In this document: piece after piece, positions 1 through 12,714 of the stretch
Layout of the letters: each line of letters starts with the position of its first letter
Numbering within the stretch: position 1 is the first letter of the stretch
NCBI GenBank assembly: GCA_021825655.1
Contig: JAKAGU010000001.1
Coordinates: forward strand, 1-48,357
From: a bacterium
Lineage (GTDB): Bacteria; Patescibacteriota; Doudnabacteria; UBA920
Direction: 5' to 3'
Length of the DNA: 48,357 nucleotides
Translations under genes and position numbers: made by a program
Notes under the pieces: model-generated
What the model was told of the DNA's origin: nothing
Seen by the model: the letters and a program-made list of their open reading frames with translations, nothing else
Databases searched by the model: none

Positions 1-258
1 TTTTATTCCCAAAATTTGGTAATACTTCTGCCAAGCGGCCACGTGTTCGGGCAGGCCGCTGCTGGGCGCATAACCCAAAGCCTCGGGCTGGTAATTCCTG
101 ACGGCTTTAAAAAACGCGGGCGGCACCGCGTAGTCCGGATCGCCGCTGCTTAACGCATAAACTTTTACGCCCCGGGCCTGGGCCGCGCGCGCCAAAGGCA
201 AAAACTTGCGGATGGGCGAAGCCGGAGTCAGTTGGGCGCGTTGGGAAAGTTTGGGCAT
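1..258 (-). CDS. PLP-dependent (class I/II, aspartate-type) aminotransferase, N-terminal part; runs off window
   Basis: Hand translation from ATG at 258: MPKLSQRAQLTPASPIRKFLPLARAAQARGVKVYALSSGDPDY...LGYAPSSGLPE; S-P-I-R, GDPD and Y.PS.G.PE motifs are typical of AAT-family N-termini. Confidence 0.85.
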   Translation of the reverse strand, partial: MPKLSQRAQLTPASPIRKFLPLARAAQARGVKVYALSSGDPDYAVPPAFFKAVRNYQPEALGYAPSSGLPEHVAAWQKYYQILGIK

Positions 259-307
259 GAAATTTAAAATTAACATTCCCAGTTTAACAAATCCGCGGGT
301 CTAAATC

Positions 308-341
308 AAAACCCCCGCCTCTTAAACGAGGCGGGGTTTTT
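308..341. terminator. Intrinsic terminator after rpoC
   Basis: ccccgcctc/gaggcgggg stem flanked by A- and T-tracts, 11 nt past the rpoC stop. Confidence 0.85.
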
Positions 342-351
342 AAACCGAAAC

Positions 352-3300
352 TTAAATTTCTTCAGGCTTTTCTTCGGGTTCAGCCGGCGCGGCCACGGCC
401 AACAGTTCGGCTTCGCCGTCCAGTTCGCTCGGGGCCAAAGATCCGCCTTCGCCCAGCTGCAGATTTTCCCGGGCAATATTGGCGTTAAAACCCGTACCGG
501 CCGGAATCAGCTTGCCGATAATCACGTTTTCCTTGAGGCCTCTTAAATAATCGGTTTTGCCGGTCACCGCGGCTTCAATCAGCACGCGGGTGGTTTCCTG
601 GAACGACGCGGCAGCCAGGAAGGAATCCGTATTCAGGGAGACTTTGGTAATCCCCATTAACAGCTGTTCGGCTTTGGCCTGCACCTTGCCGTTCTTGGCC
701 AATTCTTCGTTCATGGCATTAAACTTGGAACGGTCCACAATTTCGCCGGGCACCAGTTCGCTGTCGCCGGATTCCAAGACGCGCATCTTGGAGAACATCT
801 GGCGGACAATCACTTCAATGTGCTTGTCGTGGATGTTTTGCCCCTGGGACACGTAAATGTCCTGGACTTCCTTCACAATGTACTTCTGCGCGTCTTCCGT
901 GCCCTTTAAGGACATAATCAGGTTGGGGTTGAGGTTGCCTTCGGTCAGCGGCTGGCCGGAGGTCACCAGGTCCCCGTCTTTGACAAACAGGGTAAAGCCG
1001 GCCGGAATGGCATACTCTTTAACCTGGTCGCTCTCGTGGATAATGTGAATCTGCCCCTTATCCACGCGCACAAAACCGTTGTTTTTGGCCTTCACGGCTT
1101 TGCCGGCTTCATCGATGTATAAAGTTTCGCCCGCGCTGACCTGGCTGCCATCTTTAATGGCGGAGTGGGCTTTACCCAAATCATAGGTGTCTTTCTCCAC
1201 ATCTGCGCCCTGGATGCGCACCATGACTTCCTTGTTGGAGAGCTTGGAAATGTACGCCTGGCCGTCAATTTCGGAAACAAAGGCCATACCTTTGGGTTCG
1301 CGCGCTTCGAACAGTTCTTCCACGCGGGGCAAACCTTGGGTAATGTCTTTAACCGAAGCGGATCCGCCGGTATGGAAAGTTCTCATGGTCAGCTGCGTAC
1401 CCGGTTCGCCAATGGCCTGGGCGGCCACAATGCCTACGGCCGCACCCAGTTCCACCATACCGTTGAAGCCCAGATCGTAACCGTAGCACAAGCGGCAGAT
1501 GCCGCGGGTCAGTTTGCATTTTAAGACCGAGCGGCACTTAACGGCTTCTGCCCCGGAATCCACAATCCGCTTGGCCATGAAGTCATCAATGCCCTGGTTT
1601 TTAGCTACAATCACTTCGCCGGTCTTATCTTTAATGTCCTCGGCAGCCACGCGGCCGAACAGCCTGCGGTCAAACGGCTTGTTCATGCGCTGGCTTTCCG
1701 CCAGAGTCACAACGTCATAATCTTCGGTGCCGCAGTCTTCGGCATTCACTACCACGTCCTGGGACACGTCCACCAGGCGCCTGGTCAAATAGCCCGCGTC
1801 CGCGGTTCTCAGCGCGGTGTCGGACATACCTTTACGGGAACCGTGAGTCGAGAAGAAGTATTCCAGCACGGCCAAGCCTTCCTTAAAGCTGCCGCGCACG
1901 GGCAATTCAATAACGTCGCCGGCCGGGTTAACCACCAAGCCTTTCATGCCGGACATCTGGGTTACCTGAGAGAAGGAGCCGCGCGCGCCACTGGACACGA
2001 AATAGTTGATGGACCCGTATTCGGGCACAGCCTTGGTCACGCTCTTGGCAATTTTTTCCGAAACGTCCGCCCAGATTTCCACCACGCGGTTTTTGCGCTC
2101 TTCTTCGGTGAGCAGCCCTTCCTGGAACTGCTGGTAGGTATTTTCCACTTCCACGTCCGCGCCTTTGAGCATTTCATATTTTTCCGCAGGCACCACCAGG
2201 TCGTCCATACCCCAGGACAGGCCGGACTTTTTCATGTAGGTAAAGCCGGTACGCTTAATTTCGTCAATCAGTTCGGCGGTGCGCTCGTTGCCCAAAGTGC
2301 GGTGCGCTTCGCGCACCAGCGCCTGGAGCTTTTTCTTGTCAAAATTTTCGTTCCGAAAGCCCATTTCCGGGGGCACAACTTTGTTGAAAATCAAACGGCC
2401 CACGTTGGTTTCGACAAATTCGCCGTTTTCCAGCCGGACTTTAATCTTGGCCTGAATATGCACGAAGTTGTTGTTGTAAGCCATAATGGCTTCTTTGGGG
2501 CTGGAGAAAATTTTGCCTTCGCCCTTCACGCCTTCGCGGATGCGGGTAATGTAGTAGCAGCCCACCACCACGTCCTTGTCCGGAGTCATGACCGGATCGC
2601 CGGACGCGGGCTTTAAGAGGTTGTGCGCGGAGACCATAATCTCGCGGGCTTCTTTCTGGGCCGGCTCAGTCAAAGGCACGTGCACGGCCATTTGGTCGCC
2701 GTCAAAGTCCGCGTTAAAGGCGGCACACACCATGGGATGCAATTGGATAGCCTTGCCTTCAATCAGCACGGGCTGGAAAGCCTGGAAACCCAAACGGTGC
2801 AGGGTCGGGGCGCGGTTTAAGAGCACGTAGTGGTCTTTAGTGACCTCTTCCAGAATATCGTAAACTTCGGTTCTGCCCTGTTCAATCAAGCGGTTGGCGC
2901 TTCTCACGTTGTGCGCATATTCGCGGCCAATCAGCTTGGAAATGACGAACGGCTTGAACAATTCCAAAGCCATTACCTTGGGCAAGCCGCACTGGTGCAG
3001 TTTTAAGTGCGGGCCCACCACAATCACGGAGCGGCCGGAATAGTCCACGCGCTTACCCAGCAGGTTCTGGCGGAACCTCCCCTGTTTGCCTTTCAGCATG
3101 TCCGCCAAAGAGCGGAGCTTGCGCTTCTGGCCCGTGGAAGCGGTAACTTCCTTGCCGTGGCGCACGGAGTTGTCCACCAGCGCGTCTACGGCTTCCTGCA
3201 GCATGCGCTTTTCGTTTCTGGTAATGACTTCCGGGGCTTTAATTTCCAAAAGTTTGCGCAAGCGGTTGTTGCGGTTAATCACCCGGCGGTAAAGGTCGTT

Positions 3301-4308
3301 TAAATCCGAGGCCGCAAACCGGCCGCCGTCGAGCTGCACCATGGGGCGCAGGTCCGGCGGAATAACCGGCAGCACGGTCACCAGCATCCATTCCGGCCGG
3401 AGGCCGGAATTAATTAGGGACTTAATCAAGCGCAAACGCTTGAGCATTTTGCGCTGCGCCTGGCCTTCCAAATTCGGCAGTTGGGTCTGCATGTCGCGGG
3501 CCAGCTCTTCCAGGTTCACTTCTTCCAAGAGGCCCTTTAGGGCTTCGGCGCCAATGCCGGCGGTAAACACCGGTCCGTACTTTAAGGACAAGTCGCGGTA
3601 GGCCAGTTCGGAAATGACCTGCAGTTTCTTAATACCCTTCAGTTCGCTTCTGGCCTGGTCGCGGATAGATTCCAAGGCATCCAGTTCTTTGGCCCAGGCA
3701 TCCTTCAGCCGGGTGACTTCCGTGTCAATTTCCGCCTGGAGCACGTCCGCATCCACTTTGCCAGCCTTGTGCGCCAGCTCGCTCTTGGCTTTGGCCAGCA
3801 AGCTTTCGTATTTTTCTTCAATGGCCTTTTTCTTGGCTTTGAATTCTTTTTCAATCTGCTCCAATGTGGCGACCCGCACCTCTTCGTCCACGCTGGTAAT
3901 AATATAGGAAGCAAAGTACACCACGCGCTCCAGTTCCTGCACGCCCAAATCCAGAATTAACCCTAACCGGCTGGGGACGCCGCGCAAAAACCAAATGTGG
4001 GCTACGGGCACGGCCAGCTTAATGTGGCCCATGCGCTCGCGGCGGACCGAGGACTTGGTAACTTCCACGCCGCACTTGTCGCAGACAATCCCCTTGTAGC
4101 GGATGCGCTTGTATTTGCCGCAATAGCACTCCCAGTCCTTAATCGGTCCGAAAATTTTCTCGTCGAACAAACCATCCTTTTCCGGGCGCTGCGTGCGGTA
4201 GTTGATGGTTTCCGGCTTGGTTACTTCGCCGTGCGACCAGTCCATAATAGTGGTCGGGCTGGCCAGCCTTAGTCTCACACCCTTGAAATTTTCTGTTAGC
4301 GTTGACAT
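352..4308 (-). CDS. rpoC: DNA-directed RNA polymerase subunit beta'
   Basis: NADFDGD catalytic motif, N-terminal Zn ribbon (CYCGKYK...CDKC), GEPGTQLTMRTFH trigger loop. Confidence 0.99.
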   Translation of the reverse strand: MSTLTENFKGVRLRLASPTTIMDWSHGEVTKPETINYRTQRPEKDGLFDEKIFGPIKDWECYCGKYKRIRYKGIVCDKCGVEVTKSSVRRERMGHIKLAVPVAHIWFLRGVPSRLGLILDLGVQELERVVYFASYIITSVDEEVRVATLEQIEKEFKAKKKAIEEKYESLLAKAKSELAHKAGKVDADVLQAEIDTEVTRLKDAWAKELDALESIRDQARSELKGIKKLQVISELAYRDLSLKYGPVFTAGIGAEALKGLLEEVNLEELARDMQTQLPNLEGQAQRKMLKRLRLIKSLINSGLRPEWMLVTVLPVIPPDLRPMVQLDGGRFAASDLNDLYRRVINRNNRLRKLLEIKAPEVITRNEKRMLQEAVDALVDNSVRHGKEVTASTGQKRKLRSLADMLKGKQGRFRQNLLGKRVDYSGRSVIVVGPHLKLHQCGLPKVMALELFKPFVISKLIGREYAHNVRSANRLIEQGRTEVYDILEEVTKDHYVLLNRAPTLHRLGFQAFQPVLIEGKAIQLHPMVCAAFNADFDGDQMAVHVPLTEPAQKEAREIMVSAHNLLKPASGDPVMTPDKDVVVGCYYITRIREGVKGEGKIFSSPKEAIMAYNNNFVHIQAKIKVRLENGEFVETNVGRLIFNKVVPPEMGFRNENFDKKKLQALVREAHRTLGNERTAELIDEIKRTGFTYMKKSGLSWGMDDLVVPAEKYEMLKGADVEVENTYQQFQEGLLTEEERKNRVVEIWADVSEKIAKSVTKAVPEYGSINYFVSSGARGSFSQVTQMSGMKGLVVNPAGDVIELPVRGSFKEGLAVLEYFFSTHGSRKGMSDTALRTADAGYLTRRLVDVSQDVVVNAEDCGTEDYDVVTLAESQRMNKPFDRRLFGRVAAEDIKDKTGEVIVAKNQGIDDFMAKRIVDSGAEAVKCRSVLKCKLTRGICRLCYGYDLGFNGMVELGAAVGIVAAQAIGEPGTQLTMRTFHTGGSASVKDITQGLPRVEELFEAREPKGMAFVSEIDGQAYISKLSNKEVMVRIQGADVEKDTYDLGKAHSAIKDGSQVSAGETLYIDEAGKAVKAKNNGFVRVDKGQIHIIHESDQVKEYAIPAGFTLFVKDGDLVTSGQPLTEGNLNPNLIMSLKGTEDAQKYIVKEVQDIYVSQGQNIHDKHIEVIVRQMFSKMRVLESGDSELVPGEIVDRSKFNAMNEELAKNGKVQAKAEQLLMGITKVSLNTDSFLAAASFQETTRVLIEAAVTGKTDYLRGLKENVIIGKLIPAGTGFNANIARENLQLGEGGSLAPSELDGEAELLAVAAPAEPEEKPEEI

Positions 4309-4355
4309 AAGTTTTGTAAAAGTAAGAAATTAGTAATTAGTTTAAATTTGCCCCA

Positions 4356-7844
<3,489 letters not shown>

Positions 7845-8168
7845 GAAGATTATTTAATAATTTAAGGCTAAACTATAGGGTTTTTATGTGATGTTCGACG
7901 CATCACGAGAATTTTACGCAATAAAAACTTGCCCCTTTTGGCTTATTTAAAAGGGTTTTTACTATTTAATTATTGACCGCGGAAAATTTTACCATTCGAG
8001 GCTTTTGTGCCCTAAAACAAACTGCCCTGGAAACCCCAATTTCCAGGCAAATTGTTTGTTAATTTTCCCGATTTTTACGCCTGAAGCGAGTCAAACCGGG
8101 TGGTACACGTTCATCCCCTAGTCGTGTAATGTGTATAGCTAATATACCAGTTCTTGAGCCTTTGTCAA
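7845..8168 (-). promoter_or_regulatory. rpoBC promoter and ~290-nt structured 5' leader
   Basis: Minus strand TTGACA (8168-8163)-16 nt-TGgTATATT (8146-8141); leader hairpins tacacg/cgtgta, cccggttt/aaatcggg, cctggaaa/tttccagg. Confidence 0.6.
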
Positions 8169-8237
8169 GTGCTTCAAATCTTGTAAATATTTCTTAAAAA
8201 TACTTGCCATGTGGATAACTTTATGATATAATTTAAT

Positions 8238-8302
8238 AAAGGTTCCAACCCCTCGATAAGAGCCCCCGGGCTCTTCCGCAAGGATAGAGGGGTTGGTCGT
8301 TT
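8238..8302 (-). ncRNA. DUF3800-associated structured RNA (three-way junction)
   Basis: Minus strand ccaacccctc/gaggggttgg closes two hairpins (tcc-ttgc-gga; agagcc/ggctct) immediately 3' of the DUF3800 stop; RNA motifs linked to DUF3800 genes are a known class. Confidence 0.7.
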
Positions 8303-8303
8303 T

Positions 8304-9035
8304 TTATTTATACTCATAGTACGTTGTAGTTCCTTTTCTAAATATTTCAAACTCCGTACCATCAACCCTATTTACTATCCTATTTTGGATGACGTTATAA
8401 GGTCTGATTTCGCCTCTTTCCCACTTAACGGCAACGGCCCAGCAACAATAATCAGCGAGTTGACAATTTAAGTCTGAACATGTTTGGTGGCAAAAAATTT
8501 CAAAAGGAATATTTTCAAAGTTGGTTTTTAGATACCTCTTTAAAGTACCTAAAATAACTTTCTTCTTGTCACCCACAAACAAAGAACCCAATACAACCAC
8601 AATCTTTTGCACCCCCGTTCCATTTCCTACAAAAATATATTTGAGCAAAGTTTTGCATAATTGTTGGTACAAACCGATCCCCGTTACCCTCTCGATAAGT
8701 TTGTCTTTTTTATAATAAACCTCTTTATAAAGAGAAGAGTGGGTTTTATTTTTTTGAGCAATAACTGAATAAATTTTGTAGGACTCACCCATTGAGGACA
8801 AAATTGCGTATACTTTGTCTCGAATTTTTTGTGCGTCCTCCGTGGCATGAAAATACTCATGGTCAACTCCTTCGGTCAATAAATCATATCGAAGTTTTAC
8901 TAATTCATCACGTTTAGTTATAGGGTCGTTTGTTACCAAACAAGTCAGTGAAAAAAATTTGGTCCCTTTTGGAGAAAAATCAAAATTTCCTGATTCATCT
9001 ATAAATAAAAATAGGGTTTTTGACTGTTCAGACAT
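8304..9035 (-). CDS. DUF3800 domain protein (RNase H-like fold)
   Basis: N-terminal FIDESG and C-terminal QLADY (QxxD) motifs; ATG at 9035 preferred over TTG at 9050. Confidence 0.85.
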   Translation of the reverse strand: MSEQSKTLFLFIDESGNFDFSPKGTKFFSLTCLVTNDPITKRDELVKLRYDLLTEGVDHEYFHATEDAQKIRDKVYAILSSMGESYKIYSVIAQKNKTHSSLYKEVYYKKDKLIERVTGIGLYQQLCKTLLKYIFVGNGTGVQKIVVVLGSLFVGDKKKVILGTLKRYLKTNFENIPFEIFCHQTCSDLNCQLADYCCWAVAVKWERGEIRPYNVIQNRIVNRVDGTEFEIFRKGTTTYYEYK

Positions 9036-9067
9036 CGAACTTTTGCTCAAAACATTTGAGGCTTTAG

Positions 9068-10165
9068 TTATTTCCCAGACTTCCTTCTATTATCTTCTTT
9101 ACACAACATTTGACAATTTTCGGCGATGGTCTTACCACCCTCATGCCAAGGTTTGATGTGGTCAGCCTCCATCTCTTCTATTTCAAAATGTTTACCACAT
9201 TTTGGACAAATGCCATCTTGCTGCTCATATTTAGCCCTTTTAATATCTTGGCCAAATACCCTTAAACTCAAAGGTTTTTCGTCTCCTGTTAAAATATATT
9301 CGTAAATGCCAGACTTTTTCTGGATTTCTTCATCAGACATCAAATCCTTTACCCGCTTCTCTATTTCTACTGGTTTATATTTATCGTGCTTATGTTCATT
9401 ATAGAATTCACCCCAATTTAAACCATCCATCTCCTTACGATAGACTGTAAATACACTTTTTATCCAATCAATTACATCATTAAAATATTCCCAAAGCTCT
9501 TTAGCATTTTCATCCTTGCGGTGCTGCGCCATATAACCTTGAGCATCACCACTGCTTATCCATTTGAGGGCTGTTGCTAAATAGTCTTGTCGTTCCACTG
9601 AACCATTTACATAATCTTTTCCAACTCCATATGCAGCACAGTTTGGTTTACTGAAATATTTTTTTGCATCTGCAAGCCACTTACCAGTATGGGTTGCATT
9701 TAGTGCTTCTTGTTCGTTAAGATTTTTACCTTTAATATTGATAGTTTTAAACCAGTCCAGTATCTCCCCCTCTGTACCTTCACAAACACATATATCCAAC
9801 TCGTAGTTCCTTATCCTCTCAAGATCATCAGAGAGCATCGTGTCTACATAAATCTTATTTTGGTCTTTGTCAAAAACGTAATATTGATGGTCAAGAAAAC
9901 GACAGATGGATAAAGTTCTTTGTTGACCGTCAAGTAACTCATACTCTCCTTTAGCAATCTGAACCCAATACATAATGTTTAGAGGGTGGCCCTTTAAAAC
10001 AGTCGCTATGACAGCCTGCTCATCCGGTATATCGTAAATAAACTCGCGTTGATAAGCTGGACGAATATCTAGTTTACCACCATAACCAACAACACCGTCC
10101 CAATCTTGATCCTTATAACCATAAAAAAGATCACTAACCTTTATGGTTTTGCGAAGAGTCTTCAT
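9068..10165 (-). CDS. DUF262 (GmrS/ParB-like) plus C-terminal HNH endonuclease; probable restriction partner of the MTase
   Basis: RPAYQREF and LLDGQQRT DUF262 motifs; CPKC...ADHIKPWHEGG..NCQMLC HNH; ATG at 10165 overlaps the MTase 3' end. Confidence 0.88.
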   Translation of the reverse strand: MKTLRKTIKVSDLFYGYKDQDWDGVVGYGGKLDIRPAYQREFIYDIPDEQAVIATVLKGHPLNIMYWVQIAKGEYELLDGQQRTLSICRFLDHQYYVFDKDQNKIYVDTMLSDDLERIRNYELDICVCEGTEGEILDWFKTINIKGKNLNEQEALNATHTGKWLADAKKYFSKPNCAAYGVGKDYVNGSVERQDYLATALKWISSGDAQGYMAQHRKDENAKELWEYFNDVIDWIKSVFTVYRKEMDGLNWGEFYNEHKHDKYKPVEIEKRVKDLMSDEEIQKKSGIYEYILTGDEKPLSLRVFGQDIKRAKYEQQDGICPKCGKHFEIEEMEADHIKPWHEGGKTIAENCQMLCKEDNRRKSGK

Positions 10166-11105
10166 TTTTCCCCTTTCTTTTAATAACAATCCTATCGAAT
10201 TTACGCTCAAATGTTCCATCACCATTAGCAATATAAAACCTCGCACCACCTTGCATATATGTTCCTTTAGGAGCCAGTTCTGACATCGGCCGGGCAAGCT
10301 CAAGACTTATTCCTAAAATTTCAAATTGGTCTGGATTGTATTTATCAAGAAAAGAGATGGGAACGCCCATGGCATCAAAATAATCTGATGGGATTTCTGC
10401 TGTCTTATCAACACTTATTGCATCATAGTTAATATATTTAGGGTATTTTTCTGGTACAAACTTTTCGTACAAAGGTAGTTCTTCATGGCGCTTTTTTACA
10501 TCAAGATTGGTCCACCACTGTACATTCCCAAGCTTCTCAATTTTATTTTGTGGATTAATAAATTCTTTTGGATTTACATACCCACCCCACATCTTATTAT
10601 CCTTAATATAAGGAAAAATTTCCTTATAAGTTATTGCATTTATAGGTCCGATGATTAAAAACTTTTTATTGTGACGCATCAGCTGGGCGATATATTCACG
10701 AAAAAGACTAAATGGCGGATTGGTACAGACAATATCAGATTCTTTCAACAATTCTATGCATTCAGGACTACGGAAATCGCCGTCACCTTTCAGGTCAATC
10801 TTTTGTAAACTATTCCTACCAGTAATTTCTAATCTGTAACCGTACTTTTTTACTGGGTCAAGTTGTCGAAATAAATCGGATTTAGAATAACGGGTACAAA
10901 CAAGCTTCTTAAGCCCAAAATGGTCAAAATTAAGTTTAAAAAATTCAGCAAACGCACTCTCAGCCGGATCATCACAATTACAATACACGACCTTATTTTT
11001 AAATTGTTCTTTGTAATAATTCAGCTCTCTCTGCACATCATCAAAACGAGTATAGAACTCGTCATTTTTAGCAGTTTTTGCAGATTGTAAGCTTCTATTC
11101 GCCAT
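10134..11105 (-). CDS. Adenine-specific DNA methyltransferase, EcoRI family
   Basis: AKTAKNDEFYT, VYCNCDDP, GDGDFRS.EC, TNPPFSLF, MGVPISFLDKYNP motifs. Confidence 0.92.
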   Translation of the reverse strand: MANRSLQSAKTAKNDEFYTRFDDVQRELNYYKEQFKNKVVYCNCDDPAESAFAEFFKLNFDHFGLKKLVCTRYSKSDLFRQLDPVKKYGYRLEITGRNSLQKIDLKGDGDFRSPECIELLKESDIVCTNPPFSLFREYIAQLMRHNKKFLIIGPINAITYKEIFPYIKDNKMWGGYVNPKEFINPQNKIEKLGNVQWWTNLDVKKRHEELPLYEKFVPEKYPKYINYDAISVDKTAEIPSDYFDAMGVPISFLDKYNPDQFEILGISLELARPMSELAPKGTYMQGGARFYIANGDGTFERKFDRIVIKRKGKNEDSSQNHKG

Positions 11106-11108
11106 GGT

Positions 11109-12044
11109 TTATTTCTTTTGATAATTGGATCCAAAAGTATAATCTGTTAATTCCGCCATTGTTTTTGACTTTTTTATATCTACCAACTTGTAATATCGAG
11201 GGCCGAAGAGGGAAAGTTCTGGATTTTCTCCTAGTATTACATGGTTTTCTAGTTCAATAATATTTCCGTCATGATGAATAATATATTTTGAGGGTTTTTC
11301 CGGATAAGGCTCTATTTTAACTACTTTTGCGTAATAGCGAATTGCGCTAACAGGCGCGCCTTCATACAGTCCAACATATTTTATTTTTGAAATATTGTCA
11401 TGACTTATACGTACCGCCCACCATGCACTCTTCTTTTCAAAAGCCATTTCCCGTCCATCGCCAGTTGCCGGACAAATTAGAGTATCAAACTCTCTTGTAT
11501 CTTTTTCCTTTTTTTCTTGTTTAATCTGTTCTGGCTCTGCGTTGTCTTCTCGTAACGGTTCAAAAAGGTTAAAACCAAGGGTTGATATTAATAATTCAAA
11601 GTCTTCAAACAGGTCAATAATTGAAGCTTGTTTAAATTCACCTAGATTATTCTGATTTGGGTTCGTCTTGTTTTGAACTTCGAACCTACCAACTTCAATT
11701 GCTTTATTTATTGCGTAAGATTCCAGGAATTTTACATCTGCCTTGTCCATACCTTCTGCTTGGGCAATACAAATAACAGCCCACTTCCAAAAACTCTTAT
11801 TTACTAAGTGGCCAATAACTCTATTTTTAAAATTTTCACTTTCACCGATATAAACAGTAGACCTCTCGTCATCAAAAAGCATGTACAAAGCCGGGGTAGA
11901 CAAATCCGGCCGTGATTGGATAAAGTCAATCTTATCTCTTGGCACGACATACACACGTGCAAGTGCGTTTAAGAGATTTGCAATCTTAACACCATCAACA
12001 TCCGAATCTTTCAAAAATATTTGTATTGTCCTTGATTTTGCCAT
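11109..12044 (-). CDS. GIY-YIG nuclease (DUF4357-associated type) with extra C-terminal domain
   Basis: ALYML..VYIGESEN..R..H and later LES/N residues; ATG at 12044 directly after the AbrB gene stop. Confidence 0.75.
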   Translation of the reverse strand: MAKSRTIQIFLKDSDVDGVKIANLLNALARVYVVPRDKIDFIQSRPDLSTPALYMLFDDERSTVYIGESENFKNRVIGHLVNKSFWKWAVICIAQAEGMDKADVKFLESYAINKAIEVGRFEVQNKTNPNQNNLGEFKQASIIDLFEDFELLISTLGFNLFEPLREDNAEPEQIKQEKKEKDTREFDTLICPATGDGREMAFEKKSAWWAVRISHDNISKIKYVGLYEGAPVSAIRYYAKVVKIEPYPEKPSKYIIHHDGNIIELENHVILGENPELSLFGPRYYKLVDIKKSKTMAELTDYTFGSNYQKK

Positions 12045-12045
12045 G

Positions 12046-12219
12046 TTATTTCTTCCAATCCTTAACCAACAACCCCCCTCTGACTTTCTTAACAAGAACT
12101 TTTTGCTTTTCGCGCCAGCGCAGCTTTTCCACCAATTCCACGGGCAAAGTCAGGCCCAACGAGGTTTTGCCCATTTTCTGGATTTTCCTAATGTTTTTCT
12201 CAGATTCTTTGCGGTTCAT
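12046..12219 (-). CDS. AbrB/MazE/SpoVT-family DNA-binding protein, 57 aa (not in ORF track)
   Basis: Hand translation MNRKESEKNIRKIQKMGKTSLGLTLPVELVEKLRWREKQKVLVKKVRGGLLVKDWKK; RK.QK.G.S..TLP swapped-hairpin signature. Confidence 0.85.
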   Translation of the reverse strand: MNRKESEKNIRKIQKMGKTSLGLTLPVELVEKLRWREKQKVLVKKVRGGLLVKDWKK

Positions 12220-12221
12220 AT

Positions 12222-12277
12222 ATAAATACGTATTTAAATACTAACTACATATTAATCCTGTTGTAGGCCTTTTGCAA
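12222..12277 (-). promoter_or_regulatory. Defence operon promoter and candidate operator
   Basis: Minus strand TTGCAA-17-TAATAT; palindrome TAAATACGTATTTA just upstream of the AbrB start. Confidence 0.5.
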
Positions 12278-12296
12278 AAACTGGCTCAAAATAGCC

Positions 12297-12320
12297 AAAA
12301 CCCCGCTTTCGCGGGGTTTT
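12297..12320. terminator. Intrinsic terminator
   Basis: aaaaccccgc-tttc-gcggggtttt. Confidence 0.85.
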
Positions 12321-12347
12321 GTGTACTAAGGTAGACCATTCAGCTAC

Positions 12348-12698
12348 TTACTCAAACAGCTTGCGTTTACGTTGACCACCTTCGAATGGAGTCTGCGACT
12401 CTTCAGGTTCGGGTGTTGGCTTAGACTTAGGCTCGACCACAGCCCGTGGCGCCACCGGATTGCTCCCTGTTGAATTTTTTCTCGTATTTGATTCGATCTT
12501 TTTTAATAAACCTATTGCTTCATTTATTTTCCAATACCATAAAACTATTTCACGAAAAACTAAAAAAACAACAACAATTATACACAGTATAAAAATTAAA
12601 GTAACAACTGACAAAGCGGCGGTGGATGATTGGTTTTGTACTGGATAAGAACCCCCTTCGTTAAAGGCTTGGGCAGTCAATATATTTAGATGGATCAT
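12348..12698 (-). CDS. Hypothetical single-pass membrane protein
   Basis: Hydrophobic VVTLIFILCIIVVVFLVF segment followed by REIVLWYWKIN; AT-rich. Confidence 0.7.
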   Translation of the reverse strand: MIHLNILTAQAFNEGGSYPVQNQSSTAALSVVTLIFILCIIVVVFLVFREIVLWYWKINEAIGLLKKIESNTRKNSTGSNPVAPRAVVEPKSKPTPEPEESQTPFEGGQRKRKLFE

Positions 12699-12714
12699 GA
12701 AATTTTTTATTTAA

